Origin: Candidatus Poribacteria bacterium
GTDB taxonomy: Bacteria > Poribacteria > WGA-4E > WGA-3G
Assembly (NCBI GenBank): GCA_012271015.1
Contig: JAAXHD010000123.1
Span: 32,138-96,137 of the forward strand
Length of the DNA stretch: 64,000 nucleotides
Direction: 5' to 3'
Shown: positions 37,849 to 48,460 of the stretch, piece by piece
Position numbering within the stretch: the first letter of the stretch is position 1
Layout: the number at the start of each line of letters is the position of its first letter
Notes under the pieces: model-generated
Database searches by the model: none
Seen by the model: the letters and a program-made list of their open reading frames with translations, nothing else
Told to the model about the DNA's origin: nothing
Position numbers and translations under genes: made by a program

Positions 37849-40800
37849 CTACAATACCTCACGTAAAAAGCGCGCAGTGTGGGATTCCTGCACCGAGGCG
37901 ACTTCCTCTGGTGTCCCCATGGCAACGACTTCTCCGCCGCCTTTGCTTCCTTCAGGTCCCAAGTCGATGATCCAGTCGGCAGACTTGATAACGTCGATGT
38001 TATGTTCGACAGCGATAATCGTGTTGCCCGCATCAACGAGTCGGTTCAGTACCTTGAGGAGTTTCTGGATGTCGTCAAAGTGGAGCCCTGTCGTCGGCTC
38101 ATCCATGATATAGAGCGTTGAACCGGTTTGGCGACGTGCCAATTCTTTCGCAAGTTTGACGCGCTGCGCCTCACCACCGGAGAGGGTCGTCGCGGATTGT
38201 CCCAATTCTATATAACCGAGTCCAACATCTGTTAACATCTGAAGCGTCCGACAGATGCGTGGACTTTCACTGAAGAATGCGAGTGCTTCGTCCACTGTCA
38301 TCGCTAAGACTTCAGCAATATTTTTGTCCTTGTAACGGATTTCAAGGGTTTCCATACTATAACCGGTGCTATTACACGTCTCACACGGCATCCACACATC
38401 AGGAAGGAAATGCATCTCAATGCGATTGAAACGGTGCCCCTCACAAACATGACACTGCCCCTGTGCGAGGTTGAAACTGAATGTGCCCATACTATACCCA
38501 CGCATCTTCGCATCATGTTGCTCAGCGAAGAGTTCACGGATTTTCGTAAACAGGTCGGTATAAGTTGCTGGATTGGAACGCGGCGTCTCTCCGATCGCCT
38601 TCTGGTCTACATTGATGAGACGTTTGATATGGCTAACACCGCGGATGGTTTCATATTCCGGTAGACCATAGTCGTTATATATCGGTTCTCGGTGACCATC
38701 GCTGAAATAATGGGTATAACGACGGTCCTTGGGATCACCAGTTTTGATAGAACTACGACTTTCAAGAGCGGGTTTTAGTGTGCCTTCAACGAGCGAACTC
38801 TTTCCGCACCCTGAGACACCAGTGACACAGGTGAGTGTCCCAAGTGGAATCTCAACATCAATGTCTTTGAGATTATTCGTTTTCGCCCCGAATATTGTTA
38901 ATTGTTTTCCTATGCCTTCGCGCCGAGTGCTGGGAACAAGAATCTCCACTTCATTAGAAAGATAGGCTTGCGTCAAAGATTTTTTAATTTTACCTTGCGG
39001 GGACCTTTCGGGGGTTTGTGCTTTGACGTGCTTTTCTGTAGAGTCGCCCTCCACTTCGTTACGGGCTATCGGTTGCGTGCTAATCACTGATTGCTGATCG
39101 CTGACCGCTGATCGCTGAAATGTATCCGGCGTACCGATAGCGACAATCTCACCACCTCCCTTGCCTGCTTGGGGACCGAAGTCGATTACATGATCGGAGG
39201 CTAATATTGTATCGCGGTCGTGTTCAACGACGAGGACGCTGTTCCCAATATCGCGGAGTTCCTTGAGTGCCGCAATGAGGCGTTCTTGGTCGCGCGGGTG
39301 TAAGCCGATACTCGGTTCGTCAAGAATATAGGTTACACCGGTGAGACCGCTACCGAGTTGGCTCGCGAGCTGGATTCTGCGCATTTCGCCACCGGAAAGC
39401 GTTGGTGCTCCGCGGTCTAACGCCAGATAACCGAGCCCAATATCTTCCAAGAACTGGAGCCGCGTCCGGATTTGGTGTAGGACTTCGGCTTCAAATTCAG
39501 GTGAAGTATGAATGTGAAGTGACGGATGCGTCGCTCTTGAGGTTGACACGCCTGTTGCGATCAGGAAATCGTTCCTATCAGTCTCCGCGTCAGCCGAAAC
39601 GACCGCCGCTTCGATTCGATTTAACTGTGTGTCGAAGAACTCAATAATTTCGGTAATTGACAATGCCATCAATTCAGAGACAGTTACATTCTCAAATCTG
39701 ACACAACTTGGAAAGGGTTTCAGTCGTGTGCCGTGGCATTGTTTGCACGCCTCGTATGGTGGGTGCATGTTTCTTCCGCGTCCATCACAGAAATCGCAAG
39801 CCCCTATTTTGTTGTTAAAGGAGAAGTGGCGTGGTGTCAATTGCCCAAAATTGTTGCCGCAAGAACGACACATCGCGTGTTCACTAAAGAAATGTCGTTC
39901 CGTTGTTTGTCCGCGTTCTATTTTTTCTATGAGTACGAACCCACCACTTTGTAGGAGTGCTAACTCCACGGCTTCCGTAAAACGACTTTTTTCCTCGTCT
40001 ACAAGTTCGACGCGGTCGATGACGATAAAGATTTCATGGTGAATGCCCCTACTCAACTTCGGCGTTTCATCAAGTCGGTGAATCTCACCGTCAATTTGAA
40101 CCCGTACAAATCCTGCTCTTTGCAATCGACGAAATACATCAGCGTAATCCTCGTTCCCTTTCAAACCGTACGCTGACTCACTTGCATTTACATCAACAAT
40201 TTTACCCCTTGACACGCCTTCTTTACCTTCCGGAAGCAGCAAGAAGTTCGTGAGCGGTGCGAGGACATCCACCCGCTGTTCGCGGAGGATTTCAAAAACC
40301 TGCTCCGTTATTTCTTCCGCTGTCTGTGGCTGTACCTCCTTTTGGCAATCTGGACAGTAGGGCTTACCCCATCTGGCATAAAGTGTACGGAGTCCATCGT
40401 GTATCTCCGTAATCGTCGCGACAGTGGATCTTGGGTTTTGCCCAGCATTGGCGTGCGAAATAGCAATCGCGGGCGAGAGTCCCTCAATTTTTGAGACTTT
40501 GGGCTTTTCCATCTGCCCTATAAACTGACGCGCATAAGTGCTGAGTGTTTCAATATAACGACGCTGTCCTTCGGCATAAACAGTATCCAGTGCAAGCGAT
40601 GTCTTACCCGAACCGCTCACCCCAGTCAACGCGGTCATCTTTCGGTGCGGAATATCGATGTCAATATCTTTCAGATTATTTTCTGTAGCTCCTCGCACAA
40701 CAATGTTTTTAATTTTTCTTTGCGGTTCGTTCAAGTGAATTGGTCGTTCCACGCTCCGTTCCGTACATCCGCACCCCACTTCGTTACAGGCTACGATTTC

Positions 40801-43758
40801 GTCGGATTCTGCAATTATACCTTGTGGTTCATTCGGATCGGAAGAAGAGCAGATATCGAAATCCCCGCGAAGTGCCCGACCGGTGTAAGATTCCGGCATG
40901 TCCGCGATCTGTTCAGGTGTCCCCACGGCAACGATAGTACCGCCATCAATACCGCCCTCAGGTCCCAAATCAATGAGATAATCTGCGGAGTTAACGACTT
41001 CCAGATTATGTTCAACGACGACGACCGTATTGCCATCGTCTACGAGTCTATGAAGTATCGTCAACAGTTTATTTACATCGTCAAAGTGCAAACCGGTTGT
41101 GGGTTCGTCGAGGATATAGAGCGTTTTACCGGTGCCGCGTTTGGAAAGTTCCCGCGAAAGTTTGATACGTTGTGCTTCGCCACCTGAGAGCGTGGGGGCG
41201 GGTTGTCCGAGTTTAATGTAATCCAAACCGACATCATGGAGCAGTTTCAACCCTCTTGCGATCCTCGGAATATCGGCGAAATGTGCAAGTGCAGTCTCAA
41301 TATCCATTTCAAGGACTTCAGAGATGTTCTTCTCCTTGTATTTAATGGCGAGGGTTTCGCTATTGAAGCGTTTTCCCTCACACACCTCACACTCCACCCA
41401 GACATCAGAGAGGAGTCCCATATCGACTTTTTTTGCACCGTTCCCGCTACAGGCTTCACATCTACCACCAGAGACGTTGAAACTAAACCGTCCGGGTTTA
41501 TAGCCTCGCAATTTGGCATCGGGCAACCCCGCATAGAGTGCGCGAATATTGTCGAAGACTTTTGTGTATGTCGCTGCGTTGGAACGCGGTGTGCGTCCGA
41601 TAGGTGCCATGTCGATGTTGATAATTTTGTCTATGACATCGGAGACCGGAACGCTTTTCCCTTCAATGATGCCCCGAATATCGTCATAATCCCCCGGCAC
41701 AGTCTTCGCTTTCATGAGGTCGCGGGCGAGTGCTTTGTAGAGAATATCGTGAATTAAGGAACTCTTTCCAGAACCACTCACACCCGTTACACAGCAGAGC
41801 GTACCCATAGGTACTTTAGGACTGATACCTTGGAGATTGTTCTGGCGTGCGTTGCAGATTTGTATCCACCTATCTCCTGTTGGTCGGCGGGATTCGGGTT
41901 GAACGATCACCTGATCGCCTCGGAGATATTGGGCAGTGAGTGTATTGCTCTCCTTCATGAACTGTGCGGGTGTACCGATATCCGTTATATTCCCGCCCTT
42001 AATGCCAGCACCGGGACCGAAATCGACGATAAGATCAGCCACCAACATCGTTGCTTCATCGTGCTCAACGACGATAACGGTGTTGCCTTGATTCCGCAAG
42101 TTTAAGAGGGTCATGAGCAAACCGGCGTGGTCGCGTGGATGTAAACCGATGCTGGGTTCATCAAGAACATAGGTGACATCTCGTAACCCTGCTCCTACCT
42201 GACTCGCAAGGCGAATGCGCTGTGCTTCACCACCGGAAAGGGTCGGTGCGGGACGTGCAAGCGTCAGATACCCCAACCCTACGTCCATAAGGAATCCGAG
42301 TCGTCCTCGAATTTCTTTTAAGAGTTCTGACGCGATGAGCGTCTCGCGCTCTGGAAGTTCCAACTCGCCGAAGAATTGGGTGGCATCCTGAATAGACATC
42401 TCAAGAATGTCCGTTATAGAGGTATCGCCTATCGTCACGGCTTTTACCCATGGGGTAAGTCGGGTTCCTTCACATGTCCTGCAGGGCATTTTGACAAAAT
42501 AGTCCGGGAAGGTGTCTTCATCGGTTTCCTCGTCATCCTCAAAGCGATACTTCTGCTCTTCAGTTGGAATGATGCCGTGAAAACGGGCGCGATATTGCCG
42601 TCGTTGCTTTCGCCCTCTGTGTCTACCTGTACTGGGGGTGGTAATCGTAAGAATATCGTCCCCGGTGCCGTAGAGAATGGCATGTTGCTGTTCCGGTGTG
42701 AGGTCTTTCCAAGGTGTCTCAATATCGAATCCGAGGTGTTTTGCGAGTGCCTCAGCGATTACCTTTTCCTTGAGAGTATTTCGCGTATCAAGAGGTCCCC
42801 ATAGACTTATGGCACCTTGCATGATGGAAAGCGTCTCATCTGGCACGATCAACCTTGGCAAGATTCCCATTTCCACGCCTAAACCGCGACAATTCTCACA
42901 CATTCCATCAGGGTTGTTGAAAGAGAAGTGGCGTGGTTCTGGTTTCACGAAACTGATCCGGCAGTGCGCGCAGGTATAATCCTCGCTAAACAGCAGGTCG
43001 TCGTCCTCCGTCGCGAATGGAGATCCTTCGCCTTCAGTGGGAACAACGTGGACAAGGAGGCTTCCATCTCCACGCATGAGGGCAGTAGATACGGCTTGCG
43101 CAACACGAGGTTCAACTCCCTCCTTGATAACAATCCGGTCAATGACAACATCAATGTCGTGACGTTGATTGGGATTCAAGGTGAGACCGGGTCGGAGTTC
43201 GTATATTTCACCATCGATTCGCAACCTCGCGAAACCCGCTTTGCGTAAATCTTCAAGTTCTCTTTGGTGTGCGCCGCGGGAGCCTCTGATAATCGGTGCT
43301 AAAATGATAAGTCTGGTGCGCTCTGGATAGTCGATCAGAGCTTGGACGATATCTGCGGCAGTTTGTGAACCGACCTCACGCCCGCATTCGGGACAGTGGA
43401 ATTGCCCTGCGCGGGCATAGAGGACACGGAGGTAGTCGTAGACTTCTGTTACGGTTGCCACTGTGGAACGCGGGTTATGTCCCGTTGATCCCTGATCAAT
43501 GGCAATAGAAGGAGACAATCCGACAATTTCGTCTACATCTGGCTTGCCGAGTTGCCCTAAAAACTGCCGGGCGTACGCCGATAAAGACTCGATGTATCGG
43601 CGTTGTCCTTCGGCGTAAACGGTATCAATCGCCATCGAAGATTTGCCGGAACCGCTCACACCGGTGAAGACGATGAGTTTGTCTTTTGGAAGTTGGATAT
43701 CAATGTTTCTGAGATTGTGCTCGCGTGCACCTTGTACAAGAATCGACTCTTCTGTCAT
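37849..43758 (-). CDS. uvrA: Uninterrupted 1969-codon ORF containing two complete UvrA (excinuclease ABC subunit A) units in tandem. UvrA unit 1 is about 43758..40750. UvrA unit 2 is about 40699..37849 and is itself interrupted in frame at 38975-39120.
   Basis: Four ABC ATPase modules (Walker [33 protein letters not shown]; signature LSGGEAQRI x3 and LSGGEMRRI). UvrA zinc-finger cysteines. C-terminus ..[12 protein letters not shown]. The junctions carry the conserved repeat element (see findings). Confidence 0.85.
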   Translation of the reverse strand: MTEESILVQGAREHNLRNIDIQLPKDKLIVFTGVSGSGKSSMAIDTVYAEGQRRYIESLSAYARQFLGQLGKPDVDEIVGLSPSIAIDQGSTGHNPRSTVATVTEVYDYLRVLYARAGQFHCPECGREVGSQTAADIVQALIDYPERTRLIILAPIIRGSRGAHQRELEDLRKAGFARLRIDGEIYELRPGLTLNPNQRHDIDVVIDRIVIKEGVEPRVAQAVSTALMRGDGSLLVHVVPTEGEGSPFATEDDDLLFSEDYTCAHCRISFVKPEPRHFSFNNPDGMCENCRGLGVEMGILPRLIVPDETLSIMQGAISLWGPLDTRNTLKEKVIAEALAKHLGFDIETPWKDLTPEQQHAILYGTGDDILTITTPSTGRHRGRKQRRQYRARFHGIIPTEEQKYRFEDDEETDEDTFPDYFVKMPCRTCEGTRLTPWVKAVTIGDTSITDILEMSIQDATQFFGELELPERETLIASELLKEIRGRLGFLMDVGLGYLTLARPAPTLSGGEAQRIRLASQVGAGLRDVTYVLDEPSIGLHPRDHAGLLMTLLNLRNQGNTVIVVEHDEATMLVADLIVDFGPGAGIKGGNITDIGTPAQFMKESNTLTAQYLRGDQVIVQPESRRPTGDRWIQICNARQNNLQGISPKVPMGTLCCVTGVSGSGKSSLIHDILYKALARDLMKAKTVPGDYDDIRGIIEGKSVPVSDVIDKIINIDMAPIGRTPRSNAATYTKVFDNIRALYAGLPDAKLRGYKPGRFSFNVSGGRCEACSGNGAKKVDMGLLSDVWVECEVCEGKRFNSETLAIKYKEKNISEVLEMDIETALAHFADIPRIARGLKLLHDVGLDYIKLGQPAPTLSGGEAQRIKLSRELSKRGTGKTLYILDEPTTGLHFDDVNKLLTILHRLVDDGNTVVVVEHNLEVVNSADYLIDLGPEGGIDGGTIVAVGTPEQIADMPESYTGRALRGDFDICSSSDPNEPQGIIAESDEIVACNEVGCGCTERSVERPIHLNEPQRKIKNIVVRGATENNLKDIDIDIPHRKMTALTGVSGSGKTSLALDTVYAEGQRRYIETLSTYARQFIGQMEKPKVSKIEGLSPAIAISHANAGQNPRSTVATITEIHDGLRTLYARWGKPYCPDCQKEVQPQTAEEITEQVFEILREQRVDVLAPLTNFLLLPEGKEGVSRGKIVDVNASESAYGLKGNEDYADVFRRLQRAGFVRVQIDGEIHRLDETPKLSRGIHHEIFIVIDRVELVDEEKSRFTEAVELALLQSGGFVLIEKIERGQTTERHFFSEHAMCRSCGNNFGQLTPRHFSFNNKIGACDFCDGRGRNMHPPYEACKQCHGTRLKPFPSCVRFENVTVSELMALSITEIIEFFDTQLNRIEAAVVSADAETDRNDFLIATGVSTSRATHPSLHIHTSPEFEAEVLHQIRTRLQFLEDIGLGYLALDRGAPTLSGGEMRRIQLASQLGSGLTGVTYILDEPSIGLHPRDQERLIAALKELRDIGNSVLVVEHDRDTILASDHVIDFGPQAGKGGGEIVAIGTPDTFQRSAVSDQQSVISTQPIARNEVEGDSTEKHVKAQTPERSPQGKIKKSLTQAYLSNEVEILVPSTRREGIGKQLTIFGAKTNNLKDIDVEIPLGTLTCVTGVSGCGKSSLVEGTLKPALESRSSIKTGDPKDRRYTHYFSDGHREPIYNDYGLPEYETIRGVSHIKRLINVDQKAIGETPRSNPATYTDLFTKIRELFAEQHDAKMRGYSMGTFSFNLAQGQCHVCEGHRFNRIEMHFLPDVWMPCETCNSTGYSMETLEIRYKDKNIAEVLAMTVDEALAFFSESPRICRTLQMLTDVGLGYIELGQSATTLSGGEAQRVKLAKELARRQTGSTLYIMDEPTTGLHFDDIQKLLKVLNRLVDAGNTIIAVEHNIDVIKSADWIIDLGPEGSKGGGEVVAMGTPEEVASVQESHTARFLREVL

Positions 43759-43853
43759 TTTTTAATTATTCCTTGCGGTTCGGTCAGAGGGATTAAGACA
43801 TTCTTGTTTCTTTGCGTATATCTGCCTGCGCCGGTGTTGCAGGCTACAATTTC
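43759..43853 (-). promoter_or_regulatory. Full copy of the recurrent conserved element (motif B hairpin plus motif A ..CTGACCGAACCGCAAGGAATAATTAAAAA) abutting the uvrA ATG
   Basis: See findings. The same roughly 95-nt bipartite element is at 47304..47396, 40706..40840 and 38980..39072. Motif A alone is at 63902..63940, 3246..3266 and 35762..35790. Confidence 0.6.
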
Positions 43854-43986
43854 GGTTTAGTGTTTTTGCTTGGGTGTTTCCCCAGGAATCGGAGTTCCTT
43901 CCTACCGAGAAACCTGTACGTCATGGAATAGAGTGCAGTCCAGGTAACGGAAGAATTAAAAACCTATTTTTTGTTACAGGACGCAG

Positions 43987-44904
43987 TTAAACATCCGCAA
44001 AACCGCCTAACTCTTTGAGTTTGCGGGTGTCTTTGCGCCAATCGGCTTTGACTGTTACGTAGATTTCTAAAAAAACGCGAGCATCTAAGAATTTCTCAAT
44101 ATCACGCCGTGCAAGTTCGCCGACCCGTTTAATCAATCTACCGCCCTTACCGATAATAATTTGCTTTTGTGTCTGGCGTTCTGCATAGACAATGGCTCGG
44201 ATATAGATAATTTCACCCGCTTTATTATTTCGGCGTTTTTCAAACTCTTCAATAATGACAGCAGAGGCGTAAGGAACTTCACGTTGGGTCAGGAGCATAA
44301 TCTTTTCACGAACGGTTTCGGCGATGAAAAAACGTTCTGGGAGGTCGCTGAGTTGGTCCTCTGGAAAATAGCGGGGTCCGAGCGGTAGGTACGTTTCAAT
44401 CTGCTCAAGAAGCAGCGGTACACCATCGGCTGTTAATGCAGAAATAGGTATCATGTGTGCGAATTCAAATTTCTGACTGTAGTCCTCAAAAATTGGGAGT
44501 AAGGTTGGCTTCGACACGAGATCTACTTTATTGAGCACGAGAATTGTTGTTAGTTTACTGCGCTTGAGACGTTTCAGGATTCTATCCTCAATCTCAGGAT
44601 CTGGACGCGCGACATCAATCAGAAAAAGAACCACATCAGCATCCCCTAAAGCCCCATACGCGGTTTTGACCATCTCGCTTTGTAAACGGTACTTGGGGTT
44701 CATCAGTCCGGGTGTATCGACAAAAATGATTTGATGGGTGTCGGTGGTGACAATTCCGCGAATTTGGTTTCGAGTTGTTTGCGGCTTCGGGGTGACGATA
44801 GCGAGTTTTTGCCCTAAAATGGTATTGAGCAAGGTGGATTTACCGACATTCGGCGCGCCGATAATGCTAACGTACCCGGATTTGAAACTTTGATTTTCGT
44901 CCAT
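43987..44904 (-). CDS. era: GTPase Era
   Basis: GYVSIIGAPNVGKSTLLN (G1), DTPG (G3), NKVD (G4), and a C-terminal KH domain region. Confidence 0.85.
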   Translation of the reverse strand: MDENQSFKSGYVSIIGAPNVGKSTLLNTILGQKLAIVTPKPQTTRNQIRGIVTTDTHQIIFVDTPGLMNPKYRLQSEMVKTAYGALGDADVVLFLIDVARPDPEIEDRILKRLKRSKLTTILVLNKVDLVSKPTLLPIFEDYSQKFEFAHMIPISALTADGVPLLLEQIETYLPLGPRYFPEDQLSDLPERFFIAETVREKIMLLTQREVPYASAVIIEEFEKRRNNKAGEIIYIRAIVYAERQTQKQIIIGKGGRLIKRVGELARRDIEKFLDARVFLEIYVTVKADWRKDTRKLKELGGFADV

Positions 44905-45068
44905 AATTCCTGAAGATAGATGAATGTTGCGATATGTTTGGGTCGCGGAATGTCCTGATGTAGGGTCTTAACGCATGCAAGCAGAACCCGATCTCTCACA
45001 TTAATAAACTTAACATATATTATATCAAATCGGGTAACCAAAATCAAGGAAAATTTTTGAGAATTTCG

Positions 45069-45683
45069 TTAGGCATTCTGCTCTTCGATTTGGTGTAATG
45101 CCTCGCTGATGTAACGACGAATCCATTCACTCTCGGTGGTTTCCGCTAATGCATTCAGCGGGGAGATGGCTTGTGGATTACCAATTCTGCCCAAAGCAAC
45201 AATAGCGGCGGAACAGACGGCTCTGTCAGTGTCCGTTATACTGTTTACCAATGCCTCTATTATTTGCCTTGGTGGCGATGAGAACCTCTCTTCGCTAAGT
45301 CCCAATTCACCAAGAGCAACAACAGCGGCACAACGCATATCAGCTTCTTCGTCTTGTAGAAACGGGATGAGCACGTCAATAGCACGTTCATCGCGGATAT
45401 GTCCAAGGGAAGAAATAGCGAAGCGACGGACGGTTGAGTTGTTATCGCCTAAGGCATTGATGAGTGGCGCGACGGCATGTACATCACCAACGCCCCCTAA
45501 TCCTTCGGCGGCATAAGCCCGCATTTCAGCGGATTCCGATTGCAGTTTTCGTAGTAACACGCGGGTTGGAAGATATCGCCAATTCCTGAGAGGACCCTCT
45601 CGATGCGAGAGCCACTTGATGAACTTGCCGATTTTTTGCTGCAAGGACAGATTTGAAGCAGCGTCTACGGTTTCGCGCGCCAT
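45069..45683 (-). CDS. HEAT-repeat protein (PBS lyase HEAT-like repeats)
   Basis: Repeated ..VR..A..ALG.IGD..A...L...L.D.. units (x4-5). Confidence 0.55.
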   Translation of the reverse strand: MARETVDAASNLSLQQKIGKFIKWLSHREGPLRNWRYLPTRVLLRKLQSESAEMRAYAAEGLGGVGDVHAVAPLINALGDNNSTVRRFAISSLGHIRDERAIDVLIPFLQDEEADMRCAAVVALGELGLSEERFSSPPRQIIEALVNSITDTDRAVCSAAIVALGRIGNPQAISPLNALAETTESEWIRRYISEALHQIEEQNA

Positions 45684-46118
45684 GGTGCCACCTCGTCACT
45701 ATTTTTTTGGACTACGCGACAAAATTATACCACATCTCACAGTTAGATAACAATTTGTTTTTCAGTGAAAGTAGGAATGGATTAGAATCCGACTCTATAG
45801 CAACGCTGTCCTCTGTGATGTTTGAACGAATTATATGCCCCAATTTTCCCCATAGGTGAGTTAGGATTCTACAACCATAGCCGTCAATTTAGGGTTTTTC
45901 ACGGTATTTGGTAGCACCGTCTTTACAAATGCCGCCCCGCTGGAGCTTGGGTCTTTGAGTTAACATATGCTACACAAATGCCGCCCCGATGGGGCTAAAT
46001 CGGATAAATCGCGAGCCGGAGCTCGCTCCTACAGGGTGTAGCACCGTCTTTACAAATGCCGCCCCGCTGGGGCTTTAGATACACCCAACATTCTAATAGG
46101 GACTCTATCTTAATTGAC

Positions 46119-47399
46119 TTATAAGGCAGTACCCAATTCTTTCGCGATAGTGTAGACATCTTTGTCCCCGCGACCTGAAAGGCAGACAGCAATAATTTGA
46201 TTTTTACCAAGTTTAGGTGCAAGCTCACGCAGATAGGCAATGGCATGTGCGGATTCTAATGCGGGGATGATCCCCTCCGTCTCTGATAGCAATCGGAATC
46301 CCTCTACCGCCTCTGCATCGGTAATCGGCACGTATTCCGCTCTACCGGTTTCACGATAATAACTGTGTTCCGGTCCGACACCCGGATAATCTAATCCTGC
46401 AGAGATCGAGTGTGCGGGGGTTATCTGACCGTCATCCTCTTGCAACAGATAGCACTTCGCACCGTGAAAGACACCAACACTACCCGCAGTGAGAGGTGCG
46501 GCGTGTCGTCCGCTACGAATGCTGTCACCTGCGGCTTCTACACCGATAAGCCGAACAGATTGATCGGCATAGAAGGGATAGAACATACCGAGTGAATTAC
46601 TCCCACCCCCGACACAGGCGACGACACAATCAGGTAAAGTCCCTGCCGCCTCTAAAATCTGTGCTCTCGCTTCGGCACCGATGACGGATTGGAAGTCTCG
46701 AACGATCATTGGGTAAGGGTGTGCGCCGACAACCGAGCCGAGAAGCAGATAGGTGGTTCGGACATTCGTGACCCAATCTCGGAAGCAGGCGTTGATCGCA
46801 TCCTTGAGCGTCCGCGACCCAGAGTTAACCGGTACGACCTTTGTGCCCATCAATTGCATGCGGAAAACGTTGAGTGCCTGCCGTTCTATGTCTTCCTCAC
46901 CCATATACACTTCGCATTCCATACCGAACTTTGCGGCGACAGTGGCTGTTGCGACGCCGTGTTGTCCAGCACCGGTCTCGGCAATGATGCGTTTTTTGCC
47001 CATCCACCGCGCGAGGAGGATTTGACCGATTGCGCTGTTAATTTTGTGAGCACCTGTATGGTTGAGGTCTTCCCGTTTGAGATATATTTTTGCGCCACCG
47101 AGTGTTTCTGTTAAATGCTCGGCGTAATAGAGTGGGTTTGGTCGCCCGACATACTCACGGAGGTAGTACTGAAACTCTTGCTGGAATTCGGGATTGTCCT
47201 TGAGTTTCATGTACGCTTCTTCGAGTTCTAAAAGGGCGGGCATGAGTGTTTCGGGGACGTATCTGCCTCCGAATTGTCCGAAATGTCCTGTCGCATCAGG
47301 AAGTTTTTTAATTATACCTTGCGGTTCGTTTAGATGGACCTGGGATTGCATATTCATCTCCGTATATCTGCCTGCGCCGTTGTTGCAGGCGACAATCAT
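46119..47399 (-). CDS. trpB: Tryptophan synthase beta chain. The N-terminus is uncertain because the conserved element is in frame at codons about 20-32.
   Basis: ..[19 protein letters not shown].., the PLP lysine region ..[12 protein letters not shown].., and GGGSN. The first 32 codons ([32 protein letters not shown]) are a translation of the repeat element. Alternative ATG codons lie at 47357 and 47351. Confidence 0.85.
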   Translation of the reverse strand: MIVACNNGAGRYTEMNMQSQVHLNEPQGIIKKLPDATGHFGQFGGRYVPETLMPALLELEEAYMKLKDNPEFQQEFQYYLREYVGRPNPLYYAEHLTETLGGAKIYLKREDLNHTGAHKINSAIGQILLARWMGKKRIIAETGAGQHGVATATVAAKFGMECEVYMGEEDIERQALNVFRMQLMGTKVVPVNSGSRTLKDAINACFRDWVTNVRTTYLLLGSVVGAHPYPMIVRDFQSVIGAEARAQILEAAGTLPDCVVACVGGGSNSLGMFYPFYADQSVRLIGVEAAGDSIRSGRHAAPLTAGSVGVFHGAKCYLLQEDDGQITPAHSISAGLDYPGVGPEHSYYRETGRAEYVPITDAEAVEGFRLLSETEGIIPALESAHAIAYLRELAPKLGKNQIIAVCLSGRGDKDVYTIAKELGTAL

Positions 47400-47426
47400 G
47401 GAATGTAGAGGGAGCAGTAGCCATGG

Positions 47427-48425
47427 TCAAAAACTTGCGCGGAGGTTCGATTGTTCTAAAACAGATGGGTTCACGACGGATTCCGGCAGTTTTCCGGTCA
47501 GGACTTGCACGACACACGTGGCGGCGGCAATCTCTAAGTCAAGAATGGATTCTTCTGACATAAAAGCGGCGTGTGGTGTAACGACGACGTTGTCGAGGGT
47601 CAGCAGTCCTTCGTTCTGTTCAGGGGGTTCTGTTTCCAAGACGTCCACACCTGCCCCGGCGATATCAGCGTTCTGAAGCGCAGTAGTGAGCGCAGCAGTG
47701 TCTACGATACCTCCACGCGCTGAGTTAATCAGATAGGCCGTCGGTTTCATCGCCCGAAATTCTGCCGCCCCAAACATGCCCTGTGTTTCTGGTGTCAGTG
47801 GCGCATGGATAGTGATAAAATCAGAGGTTGCGAGGAGTTCTGAAAACGAAACCTTTTGCGCACCGGACTGCTGAATTAATTCAGGATCCGTACGCGGCGA
47901 ACAGACGTTGATTGTAAATCCAAACGCCTTCGCTTTCGGCACAATTGAGCGTGCAATCCGTCCGAAGCCGACGACACCGAGCGTTTTACCTCGGATCCTA
48001 CGCATCGATGGTCCGATATTTTGCTCCCATCTGCCTCCTTTGACAGCCCGATCATAGCGCGAAATTTTTCTCGCACACGCCAGCAGCAACCCCATCGCGT
48101 GGTCCGATACCTCATCGATACAATACGCGGGGACATTGGTGACAACGATGCCGTGTTCTGTAGCAACTTCCACATCAATGTTGTCTAACCCTATACCGCA
48201 ACGTCCGATAATCTGACAATTTTCAGCGGCAGCGATGACAGGCGCACGAACAGGTTTCCAACAGGTAAGGATGCCGTCCATCGTAGGAGCAAGGGTTAGG
48301 AGTTCTGCCTCGTCGCCAGTCTCCGCGGCGATGAGTTCCGCCCCGATTTCGGCAAGCACTTGTCGTTCAGGTTCTATAGAGGGCCAAGCGTAATCGGTAA
48401 TGAGGACTTTCCAGTTGTTTTGCAT
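47427..48425 (-). CDS. D-isomer-specific 2-hydroxyacid dehydrogenase (phosphoglycerate dehydrogenase-like)
   Basis: GxGxxG NAD-binding motif (GVVGFGRIARSI) and the catalytic R/E/H pattern of the D-2-hydroxyacid dehydrogenase family. Confidence 0.7.
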   Translation of the reverse strand: MQNNWKVLITDYAWPSIEPERQVLAEIGAELIAAETGDEAELLTLAPTMDGILTCWKPVRAPVIAAAENCQIIGRCGIGLDNIDVEVATEHGIVVTNVPAYCIDEVSDHAMGLLLACARKISRYDRAVKGGRWEQNIGPSMRRIRGKTLGVVGFGRIARSIVPKAKAFGFTINVCSPRTDPELIQQSGAQKVSFSELLATSDFITIHAPLTPETQGMFGAAEFRAMKPTAYLINSARGGIVDTAALTTALQNADIAGAGVDVLETEPPEQNEGLLTLDNVVVTPHAAFMSEESILDLEIAAATCVVQVLTGKLPESVVNPSVLEQSNLRASF

Positions 48426-48460
48426 ATTTTTCTTTAGTGTTACAGGATCGAAAAACGCGT

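Noticed and set aside
38410-43248. Many 60-180-aa ORFs on the + strand inside the uvrA ORF (for example 40645..41187, 41203..41757)
   Set aside because: They are antisense to a strongly conserved UvrA coding sequence and are frame-shadow ORFs.
37849-43758. Possibility that the 1969-codon uvrA ORF is an assembly chimera
   Set aside because: Cannot be excluded from sequence alone. However, the junction sequence is the same conserved element that occurs at five or more other loci, and the frame is preserved across both insertions, which argues for a biological arrangement. It is reported as a finding with this caveat.
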